Assembly (NCBI GenBank): GCA_016931955.1
Contig: JAFGDV010000010.1
Coordinates: 1-24,772, forward strand
Origin: Candidatus Altiarchaeota archaeon
GTDB lineage: Archaea; Altiarchaeota; Altiarchaeia; IMC4; QMZM01
Length of the DNA: 24,772 nt
Reading direction: 5' to 3'
Shown: piece after piece, positions 17,595 through 24,772 of the stretch
Layout: each line of letters starts with the position of its first letter
Position numbering within the stretch: position 1 is the first letter of the stretch
Position numbers and translations under genes: made by a program
The notes under the pieces: generated by a model
Seen by the model: the letters and a program-made list of their open reading frames with translations, nothing else
Told to the model about the DNA's origin: nothing
Database searches by the model: none

Positions 17595-19082
17595 TTATTT
17601 CTTTTTCAGTTTGTAGGCGACTGCCACGACTATGATAAGTAGGACCGCTGCTGGTAACAGTATTCCTGTGCCACCTCCCTTGGTCGGCTGTGTCGTCGTT
17701 GTCTCACTGGCCGCTTCTGTCGTCGAAGTCGTTGTCCCCAGCATTACTACTGGCTGAGTCCTGGTTGTCGTAGTAATCTTTCCCATGATTTTCTGCTTCA
17801 GTGTGTCGCAGTCTTGGGGGTCTTCTTGACATTTCCCCAGGTTACATGCGGCGTCTGTCGTGGTCAACTGCTCTATCCTCTCTCTTGCCTCCTCGTATCT
17901 GCCTTCGTTGTATAGTGTCTCCGCTTCTTCATAGAGCGTATAGGTCTGCCTTTCTTTTATGTAGATTTCCCTGGCCTTGAACAGGTATACAGTATGGTCG
18001 GCGCCGCTTACTATTAGATCGTTTCGACCGTCGTTGTCTACGTCTCCTATGTATAGCTCAGTGGATGTTCTATATGGGTCATACGTCCACTGCTCTTCTC
18101 CATCCTTACCCAGTACGTAGATCTTCTTTGATGCGGCCGCTATCTCTTTGACGCCGTCCCAGTCAAGGTCGCCGCTGTGAACGAAGTAGACCTTGTCTGT
18201 CGTATTATGAGTCCATAGTTCTTTTCCGTTGGCGTCCAATGCGTAGACCTTGTCTGAAGCTAGTATTATCTCCTTTTTTCCGTCTTCCTCCAGGTCCGTC
18301 ACGTGCACGCTTCTTACTATTCCCTCAGTCTTATACTCCCATTTCAGTTCGCCGTTGGTTTTTAGGACTGTGAGGTCAGGATATGAGCCGACCAGTATCT
18401 CGTCTTCTCCGTCGCCGTCTATGTCCTCTACTTTGAGGTCGTATGCTGAGCCATCCAGTCCATAGCTCCATAGTATGTTTCTGTCGGCGTCGTAGGTGAA
18501 GACCTGCGATCCAGCCAGTATGACCTCTTTTTTGCCGTCTTTGTTTGTGTCGTAGACTGCCATGCCCCAGGGGAAGTCTCCTCTGATGGTCTGCTGCCAT
18601 ATGACCTCCAGGTCTTTGTCGAATATGTATACTGTGTGGCTTCGAACGCTGCCTGCGCCAGCTATTATGTCGTCGGATCCGTCGCCGTCGAAGTCCTCCA
18701 CCACTATCTTCTTCACGTCATTGTCTGTCTTGACTTTCGTTATCACTGTGCCATTCAGGTCCAAGACGCGGAGGCTTGCCGCCCCCACCACAATCTCTTT
18801 TATGCCGTCTTTTTCCAGGTCGACTGTAGCTACCGAGTAGACGTAGGATCGTGCGTCATACACCCACTTCTGGTTCACCTTTGAGTCCAATAGGTATAAC
18901 TTGCTGTCATATGATGTCACCAGTATTTCCTTCCCTACGTTGTCGTCTACGTCTTCCACCAGTAGGTCGGTGACCTCCATCCTAGCGATGTGTTTGTTTT
19001 CAAGTGTTATGTAACCCTGGGATTGGGCGCTGCCTAATGCGATGAGGAATATGCATAGCACCGCGAGTGTTCTTTTTTCCAT
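17595..19082 (-). CDS. Secreted, membrane-anchored beta-propeller protein (FG-GAP/VCBS/PQQ-like repeats)
   Basis: About 8 repeats of DxDxDGxxEI...xYxLDxxGxxxW, a TPR-like helix pair, Thr stalk, TM and KKK tail. Confidence 0.88.
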   Translation of the reverse strand: MEKRTLAVLCIFLIALGSAQSQGYITLENKHIARMEVTDLLVEDVDDNVGKEILVTSYDSKLYLLDSKVNQKWVYDARSYVYSVATVDLEKDGIKEIVVGAASLRVLDLNGTVITKVKTDNDVKKIVVEDFDGDGSDDIIAGAGSVRSHTVYIFDKDLEVIWQQTIRGDFPWGMAVYDTNKDGKKEVILAGSQVFTYDADRNILWSYGLDGSAYDLKVEDIDGDGEDEILVGSYPDLTVLKTNGELKWEYKTEGIVRSVHVTDLEEDGKKEIILASDKVYALDANGKELWTHNTTDKVYFVHSGDLDWDGVKEIAAASKKIYVLGKDGEEQWTYDPYRTSTELYIGDVDNDGRNDLIVSGADHTVYLFKAREIYIKERQTYTLYEEAETLYNEGRYEEARERIEQLTTTDAACNLGKCQEDPQDCDTLKQKIMGKITTTTRTQPVVMLGTTTSTTEAASETTTTQPTKGGGTGILLPAAVLLIIVVAVAYKLKKK

Positions 19083-19114
19083 GTTTCTATTATTTGTCTT
19101 CTTGTATTAAATAC

Positions 19115-21067
19115 TTAGCCCTTGAAGTATCCGCGCTTGATGTAGTATACTAATTCGATCAACAGTAACAGGATTGTCACTCCTAGGAGGTATGGGTACA
19201 TATCCCATACCACGTCCACTTGTTCTTTTTGGATCCCAGCACCTTGGTCTATTGTCTCTATGTCGAGGAATTCTGCTATGTTTGATTCCCTCTCATTAAC
19301 TAGGTTTACTGCTATTTTTTCCTGGTTTCCGAGGTATTCTATGGAGTAGACTCCTACCTCGTCCAAGACCATGTTGGCTGCTGTTATCCTCTTGTTTGAT
19401 GGCGTCGTCACATTCACATTTTCCTTGATCGGCAGGTATTCTCCAGTCTTATGGTTTTGTTGGGTTGTCGCTGTCTCTACCTTGTTGATCCATTTGATGG
19501 TCTGGTACCAGAATATCGGCATCGAGGAGCTGTAGTAGAAGTTGCTCCATGTTGGGTTCGGGTTTAGTCCGACGTAGAGTACCTTGCCTTCGCCGTACAC
19601 CCCGTATACTATCTCAGGCACCCCGGAGACTTGGACTATCACTTCCGTGTTTTCTTTGGCTTCTGCCTTATAGTATCTGCTCACTATGATGCCTTCCAGT
19701 ACTGTGTCCTTCAGTATCTCGTGTTCGCTGAGTGTGGTTATCCCTGAGTCCATTGTTTTGATCCATTCAAGTCTTACAGGAAGCATCTGCTTCAGCTCTG
19801 CTTCTCCGATGTCCGCTAGATCCGTGGATGCTAGTATTATCAGGTTGCCTCCCTTTTTCACGTATTCCTCCAGTTCGGTGTACATTCCCTTCAGGAGCAG
19901 TTCTTTGTTCACCTCAGCATGTATTATGGTGTCGAATTCCTGGATCTCTGGTAGCACTGGCAGCACTGTCTTCGTTAGTCTTATGTCCGGTGACGCCTTG
20001 AGCGCGTATTCCAGGTACGTGTCTGAGCCTTCATCCGTTATCAGCAGTGTGGAGTATTTTCTGATTCTCGGGATCGCGACGTATGCTGTGTTATCCACCG
20101 CTAGATTGTCTTCGGTGTTTATCTTCACGCTCACTATGTGGGGGTCTGCATTAAGCGAATCCTCTACATATATGAGCCTCGTTGATTTTGCAGGAATTAT
20201 CTCATTTATCTCTTTTATGTTTTCGCCGTCCACCTGCACTTGTATCTTGGCTCCCCAGTCTCCTGGGTTGTAGTTTTGTATTGTCGCTGTTAGGTAGAAT
20301 CTTTCTCTGTTTGTCAGGAATCTTTTCGAATCTATTTCGGTGATGGCTAGATTGTTTCCGCCTTCTGCCACCTTTATCAGCCTTGTGTTTATGCCGTCTG
20401 CTGACGCTATCTTGTTTGCGAGTTCTATGTCTAAGCCCTCGCTTGTTGCATAGTCTGAGAACACATACATTTCTTTGTCTTCTTTTTGGGAGAGTGTGTC
20501 TTTTGCGAATAGTATGCTGTCTCCTATATTTGTTGGGGTGTCTGCGCAGCTGACTTGGTTCAGTATTCTTTGGGCTGTTTCTGCGTTTCCTTCTTTGAGT
20601 GCCATCACTGGGGTGTTCTCTGCCAGTATTATCGTGTATGTTGTCCCCTGAGCTGATTCGTCTATTATCTGTTTGGCGTATTCTTTAGCTTTCTGGAACC
20701 GGTTGGGTTGTACGTCGTTTGCCTGCATGCTCGCCGAGGTGTCTATTACCAAAGCTATGTTTCCTTGGGGTTTTTTCTCGGCCTTTGTTGTCATGTTGGG
20801 GTTCACTATCGCCAGAACCAGTACTGTGATGGCCAGTATCTGTATTAGTAGCAGGGGGTCTCGGATGAATCTCTTCGGTAGTAGCCTGAATCTTTTGTCT
20901 TTTTCCATCCGGGTTATGAACATTATGGTGGGGAATTTTATTTTTTTTGGTTTAGGCTTCAGTAGGTATAGTAGGATTACTGGTATTATCAGTAGCAGCC
21001 CTATCAGCGCCCAGGGGTTTGCCAGCATTAGCGTTTGTATGTTCAGTATCTCCGGCGGTAGTTGCAT
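19115..21067 (-). CDS. BatA-domain / von Willebrand factor A domain membrane protein
   Basis: NPWALIGLLLIIPVILLYLLKPKP..FPT (BatA), MIDAS IDTSASM, T..GDSI, VFSD, DNL..DN, GATase-like YVKKGGNL, NL...ESNI, C-terminal TM. Confidence 0.9.
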   Translation of the reverse strand: MQLPPEILNIQTLMLANPWALIGLLLIIPVILLYLLKPKPKKIKFPTIMFITRMEKDKRFRLLPKRFIRDPLLLIQILAITVLVLAIVNPNMTTKAEKKPQGNIALVIDTSASMQANDVQPNRFQKAKEYAKQIIDESAQGTTYTIILAENTPVMALKEGNAETAQRILNQVSCADTPTNIGDSILFAKDTLSQKEDKEMYVFSDYATSEGLDIELANKIASADGINTRLIKVAEGGNNLAITEIDSKRFLTNRERFYLTATIQNYNPGDWGAKIQVQVDGENIKEINEIIPAKSTRLIYVEDSLNADPHIVSVKINTEDNLAVDNTAYVAIPRIRKYSTLLITDEGSDTYLEYALKASPDIRLTKTVLPVLPEIQEFDTIIHAEVNKELLLKGMYTELEEYVKKGGNLIILASTDLADIGEAELKQMLPVRLEWIKTMDSGITTLSEHEILKDTVLEGIIVSRYYKAEAKENTEVIVQVSGVPEIVYGVYGEGKVLYVGLNPNPTWSNFYYSSSMPIFWYQTIKWINKVETATTQQNHKTGEYLPIKENVNVTTPSNKRITAANMVLDEVGVYSIEYLGNQEKIAVNLVNERESNIAEFLDIETIDQGAGIQKEQVDVVWDMYPYLLGVTILLLLIELVYYIKRGYFKG

Positions 21068-21099
21068 ATTAATTATCTATGAAGTCTTAAGGTAAATAT

Positions 21100-21537
21100 A
21101 TGAGCGGCTACAGAGTCCATGCCTTATCTTATATGGTCTTCATCTCTGTTCTACTCTGCGTCCTCTCCTTCCTTGGTTTCCAGGCTCCTGTGTCTTCTTT
21201 GTTGCCGGCTTTCTTTGTCGGTTTTTTTTATTCTCTTCTCCCGGACGTCGACGTGGATAGGTCTATGGTGCGGCGTTTTTTTGTTTTTTGTCTTCTCGTA
21301 TGTCTCGGTCTTTTTTTCTTTTCTGATGTTTTCTTCTTCGCCTTAGCTGGTGTTGTCTTGGGTTTCTTTCTTTTTGTTTCTTTTTTTGTCAGACACCGCG
21401 GCTTTTTTCATTCTTTTTCTGCAGCTGTTTTGTTTTCTCTGCCCCTCTATTTTTTGGATCCAGTTCTCTTCTTCTTCGGCTTCTTCGGTTTCTTGACTCA
21501 TCTGGCGGTGGATGGCAGATTCTTCAGTCTATTCTGA
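21100..21537 (+). CDS. Metal-dependent membrane hydrolase (YdjM/LexA-binding inner-membrane hydrolase family)
   Basis: N-terminal H, LLPDVD, HRGFFHS, THLAVD. Confidence 0.88.
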   Translation: MSGYRVHALSYMVFISVLLCVLSFLGFQAPVSSLLPAFFVGFFYSLLPDVDVDRSMVRRFFVFCLLVCLGLFFFSDVFFFALAGVVLGFFLFVSFFVRHRGFFHSFSAAVLFSLPLYFLDPVLFFFGFFGFLTHLAVDGRFFSLF

Positions 21538-21561
21538 TGTAGAAAAAAAGAGGAAAGGGGT

Positions 21562-22509
21562 TTATTCCCTTTTCTTTGCCATCAGGTATGCGAATCCTGA
21601 GCTTGTTAGTATCACTATTAATGCCACACCTGCTGAGCTGAATTCCGGTACCGTTGGAATAGTCGTCGTAGTCGTCGGTAGAGTTGTAGTCGTCGTAGTC
21701 GTCGGTAGAGTTGTAGTCGTCGTAGTCGTCGGTAGAGTTGTAGTCGTCGTAGTCGTGGTGGTGGTCGTCGTGGTCGTGGTGGTGGTCGTCGTGGTCGTGG
21801 TGGTGGTCGTCGTGGTCGTTGGTGGTGTGTCCCAGTCGAATGTTGTGTATATTACGTCGTTTCCGCAGGTTTGTGTTACGTGTATGTCGCTCATGGTTGC
21901 TTGTGGTGGTAGTCCTAGTGCGGATTTAGGTATTTTGGCTTCGATTATGTAATTTTTTAGGCAGTGTGAGCTGCTCCCTAGGGTGCATCCTGCTGGGTAG
22001 TCGTTTATCGTTGCTTGTATGTATACTAAGTTGGTTGCGTATCCCATGCTTGTTCCGCAACTTAGTATGCGGCTTGGTTCTCCCTTTACGATCGACCAGT
22101 CGGGATTGTAGCATACTTGTCCCATGACGCCTGTTAGTCTGATTCCGTATTCGTAGCCGTCTTCCCCGGTTAGTGGGTTGTTGTCGACGTCTAGTGCCAG
22201 GTCTCCTGGTTGGTAGGTACCACTTCCTGTTGGCGGGAAGGATGTCACGATTGCGAAGTATGCGTATCCTACTTCGTCGTCGCAGTACATTGCTTCTATG
22301 TCGTAGAGTTCTCCTCCGGCTGGCATGGCACTGCTGCTTACTGGGTAGTCTTCTAGTGTGTAGTCGCAGGTTGGGCTGCTGGGTGTCCAGTCTGTGAAGG
22401 GTGTTACGCCCCAGTCAGCTAGGTTTCCATCTATTGTGTAGGGTGGTCCTGCTGTGGCTGTTGTCAGTGTTATGAGAAGCATCAAAAAAACCATGATTTG
22501 TTTTTTCAT
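21562..22509 (-). CDS. PEF-CTERM sorting-domain surface protein
   Basis: Signal peptide, TIDGNLADW domain, Thr stalk, VPEFSS + TM + KKRE. Confidence 0.88.
   Translation of the reverse strand: MKKQIMVFLMLLITLTTATAGPPYTIDGNLADWGVTPFTDWTPSSPTCDYTLEDYPVSSSAMPAGGELYDIEAMYCDDEVGYAYFAIVTSFPPTGSGTYQPGDLALDVDNNPLTGEDGYEYGIRLTGVMGQVCYNPDWSIVKGEPSRILSCGTSMGYATNLVYIQATINDYPAGCTLGSSSHCLKNYIIEAKIPKSALGLPPQATMSDIHVTQTCGNDVIYTTFDWDTPPTTTTTTTTTTTTTTTTTTTTTTTTTTTTLPTTTTTTTLPTTTTTTTLPTTTTTIPTVPEFSSAGVALIVILTSSGFAYLMAKKRE
21661..21819. repeat. Coding tandem repeats: 3 x 27 bp and 3 x 21 bp
   Basis: AGTCGTCGTAGTCGTCGGTAGAGTTGT x3 (21661-21741); GGTGGTGGTCGTCGTGGTCGT x3 (21757-21819). Confidence 0.92.
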
Positions 22510-22655
22510 GTCAAATCTACCTTTTAGGCCTTTTTGGGGTGTAGACTATATTGAACATTGGAGTATAAAAAGCACTTTAACTTAGTCCAATAAACTTGTT
22601 TAGTCTTTTTCTGATTTTTTTTATTCCTAAAAGTGGCCTATTTGTGGTAAAATGT

Positions 22656-22758
22656 AAAAAAAAGAAAAGAGGGGAGAGTTTTATTCTCTCTTCCTTATCA
22701 GGTAGATCATTCCCGGCACCAATAGGGATAGTATTCCTATTGCAAGCGCCGGCTCTGG
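22656..22758 (-). repeat. Direct repeat copy A (PEP anchor-coding region plus terminator)
   Basis: Highly similar to 23428-23532; 22665-22713 is identical to 23439-23487 (49 bp). Confidence 0.92.
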
Positions 22759-23235
22759 TGTCGATATTGTTTCTGTCTCGAACGTCACATCGTCGACTGC
22801 GAAGTAGTTGTAGTTGTTGCATACTACACTCACGTTGTCGACTGATGCGAAGTTTGCATTCAAGAACTGTGGTGTACTAGTCATTGCTATCGTCGCTGAG
22901 GTTCCAACCAAGACACCGTCATCGTATCCTTCAAAGTAGCAGCTTACACCTGTCCCTGAGAAGTATGCTCCCGTGAAGTCGACGTCCTGCGGGAACTCCA
23001 TCCATCCGCCGTAGTTGTGTGTGGCTATTCTCGTATTCGGCGAGCTTGGAGTATATGGTGGTTGTTCCCAACTCCAATAGAACCACTCTGAATCCCAGGT
23101 TATGCCGCCGTAGTTTGTGGGCAGCTGGGGCGAATCCCCATATGCGCAGACTAGGTCGTCGAAGTTTATCACCGTCGCCGCGGCTGTTGCTGCTAGCATG
23201 ATGACTGATGCTAGCATTACTATCATTTTCTTCAT
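22681..23235 (-). CDS. PEP-CTERM-like surface protein
   Basis: GGAGGTG SD at 23245-23251 favours ATG 23235; signal peptide, ATVINFDDL...FAVDDVTF domain, TPEP + TM + RKRE. Confidence 0.88.
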   Translation of the reverse strand: MKKMIVMLASVIMLAATAAATVINFDDLVCAYGDSPQLPTNYGGITWDSEWFYWSWEQPPYTPSSPNTRIATHNYGGWMEFPQDVDFTGAYFSGTGVSCYFEGYDDGVLVGTSATIAMTSTPQFLNANFASVDNVSVVCNNYNYFAVDDVTFETETISTPEPALAIGILSLLVPGMIYLIRKRE

Positions 23236-23244
23236 TCTGTTTTT

Positions 23245-23323
23245 CACCTCCTTTACATTATCGGTTTATGTCGCCCCGCCTCGGCGAATTTTGATTGATA
23301 GATTTAGGCTTCGTTCCTTAAAA
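23245..23323 (-). promoter_or_regulatory. TATA box plus conserved leader motif and SD, copy A
   Basis: TTTTAAGG (23316-23323), AAAATTCGCCGAGGCGGGGCGA (23271-23292), ACCGATAATGT, AAGGAGGTG. Confidence 0.7.
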
Positions 23324-23427
23324 GACAATGTACAAGTTTTCTAAAGAAGAAAAATCTTATGTACTACATATTCTTTATCTCATATATCACAGTACATACT
23401 TCAAGCTGATGCGATAGCATTTAGTAC

Positions 23428-23532
23428 AAAAAAAAAGAAAAAGAGGGGAGAGTTTTATTCTCTCTTCCTTATCAGGTAGATCATTCCTGGCACAACTAGG
23501 GATAGTAGTCCTATTGCTAACGCAGGCTCTGG
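23428..23532 (-). repeat. Direct repeat copy B (PEP anchor-coding region plus terminator)
   Basis: Matches copy A at 22656-22758. Confidence 0.92.
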
Positions 23533-24045
23533 CACCGTTGTCCCAGTGTATGGGCCTGTCGTCCCAGAGACGGTGAATGCTGCCGGGCACATATTTTCTG
23601 CAGCGATCTCCTCTGCTGTGTGTGCTTGGAATCCTGCGTCTCTCACCTCTATGGTGTATGTTCCTGGTGTCAGGCTTATTGTCGCTGAGCCTGAGCTTAG
23701 TCCCTCTCCGTAGGTACCGCTCTCGCATCCCCATTCGCTTGGCACGGGTGTTGTTCCAATCAGTACGATGTCTACGTATATCTCGAAGTAGTCTCCTGGG
23801 CAGCAGCAGTCATCCACTTGTATGGTGACGTCTTTAGCTTCTGTCAGTGTCAGTATCCATCTGTCATATGCCCACCCAGTAGTGCTGCCGTAGACGCAGT
23901 CAATTGTTCCTGTGGATGTGTTCCAGCCGGATGCGTCCACTGGTATGTCGCTGTGTGGGTGGAATATCGTCGGGTCGCCTCCGTTGTCGGCGGTTGCCAT
24001 ACCTATTGCTGTTAATATCATCAGTATTGTCAGTATTTTTTTCAC
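23455..24045 (-). CDS. PEP-CTERM-like surface protein
   Basis: GGAGGTGG SD then GTG start; signal peptide; DCCCPGDYFEIYVD..LIGTT...LTPGTYTIEV domain; VPEP + TM + RKRE. Confidence 0.88.
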   Translation of the reverse strand: MKKILTILMILTAIGMATADNGGDPTIFHPHSDIPVDASGWNTSTGTIDCVYGSTTGWAYDRWILTLTEAKDVTIQVDDCCCPGDYFEIYVDIVLIGTTPVPSEWGCESGTYGEGLSSGSATISLTPGTYTIEVRDAGFQAHTAEEIAAENMCPAAFTVSGTTGPYTGTTVPEPALAIGLLSLVVPGMIYLIRKRE

Positions 24046-24053
24046 CTTATCTC

Positions 24054-24138
24054 CACCTCCTTGACATTATCGGTATTCTGCTTCGCCCCGCCTCGGCGAA
24101 TTTTAGGGCTCAAATATTTAGGTTTTATTTCTTATAAA
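24054..24138 (-). promoter_or_regulatory. TATA box plus conserved leader motif and SD, copy B
   Basis: TTTATAAG (24131-24138), the identical 22-mer at 24083-24104, ACCGATAATGT, AAGGAGGTG. Confidence 0.7.
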
Positions 24139-24384
24139 CCAATATTTATGAAATTCTAAAATTATCGGTTTTTTGTACTTTCTTGTGTCCATGTGTTTTT
24201 CCCATGTTCTCTTTTTCCTCTATACTGCAGGGCCATAGTACGAAATAGCTTGTCTTCGGCGGCGTAATAAGGCGCTAGAATAAAGTCGTCGACCAACCAA
24301 ACCCCCCCCTGATTATTTCTTCGATTTATTCCCTATAAGGCGGCTTTAGATTAGTTCACAGAAGACGGCTGATTCAGTCCCTTA

Positions 24385-24699
24385 TCAAAATCCAAGAACC
24401 ACGCGGATCCTTTCTGAGACTTCCTTCTTCAGTATGGAGCCTATCTCTCCAATCTCCCCCAAGATCAGGGTCTTAGAGAGGGTTGCTATCTTGTCCAATC
24501 TTATCACAGAATCTGTTTTAAGGCCGCTTACCTTGAACTCTGGATGGTCTTCAGCTACCAACACAACTGCGTCGTTTGTTTTATCTGAAGCCTTAGAGGA
24601 TATGAAGGACACCACCACATCATGTTCTCTCTCCAGCAGAACAAGGGCGGGTCTTAGTTTAGTCTCGCTCAGGTCAGTGAAGGGGAAATCAACAACCAC
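24385..24699 (-). pseudogene. PemK/MazF family toxin, probably 5'-truncated
   Basis: FPFTDLSETKLRPALVL, FISS, SGLKTDSVIRLDKIATL. The usual N-terminal MxxGDIVLVP is missing and an in-frame TAG lies two codons upstream of the GTG. Confidence 0.8.
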
Positions 24700-24772
24700 A
24701 CCCTAAAGGGTGTGGTATGTACTTACAAACACACTAAAATGTCAAAAACAAAGGAGGTGCAAGCGCAAGGTA
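24688..24772. mobile_element. Probable end of an IS200/IS605-family element (partial, runs off the window)
   Basis: TCAACA followed by the perfect hairpin ACCACACCC-TAAA-GGGTGTGGT (24695-24716), abutting the point where PemK similarity stops. Confidence 0.65.

Noticed and set aside
23236-23247. GTG start at 23247 from the ORF track
   Set aside because: That GTG is part of the GGAGGTG Shine-Dalgarno; ATG 23235 gives a proper signal peptide.
23255-23292. Fluoride riboswitch resemblance of the leader (GGCGA/TTCGCC, AACCG, TAATG)
   Set aside because: The stem halves are in the reverse order, the GATG core and pseudoknot are absent, and the downstream genes are unrelated to fluoride.
22577-23734. 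ORFs 22577-22822 and 23387-23734 sharing NDLPDKEERIKLSPLF
   Set aside because: Alternative-frame translations of the duplicated PEP tail and terminator.
24170-24384. Intergenic stretch with two ATAAGGCG copies and a C run
   Set aside because: No convincing fold, ORF or known motif.

Overview
Gene-dense archaeal chromosomal window. aIF-1A, RIO1, TYW1/Taw1, ThiDN, DUF371, short TATA-type promoters and the poly-Thr/Cys-repeat surface proteins fit an Altiarchaeota/DPANN-like organism; the taxonomy is inference. The left-centre (2.9-11.5 kb) is housekeeping: thiDN, PRC-barrel, taw1, a secretion ATPase, hisI, aIF-1A-RIO1-DUF371, citG-like, thyX and a cold-shock gene. Next comes a tRNA(CAT), probably Ile2, whose 3' end is duplicated twice around a cluster of hairpins. 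The rest is mostly surface-protein genes: an S8 protease with a CUB-like insertion, Cys-repeat/poly-Thr membrane proteins, a beta-propeller and a BatA/VWA protein. The most striking part is a tandem set of one PEF-CTERM and two PEP-CTERM-type genes. The PEP pair shares a conserved 5' leader motif and a near-identical anchor plus terminator around unrelated passenger domains, like a cassette array. The window ends in a PemK/MazF toxin gene apparently cut at its 5' end by an IS200/IS605-type element end.
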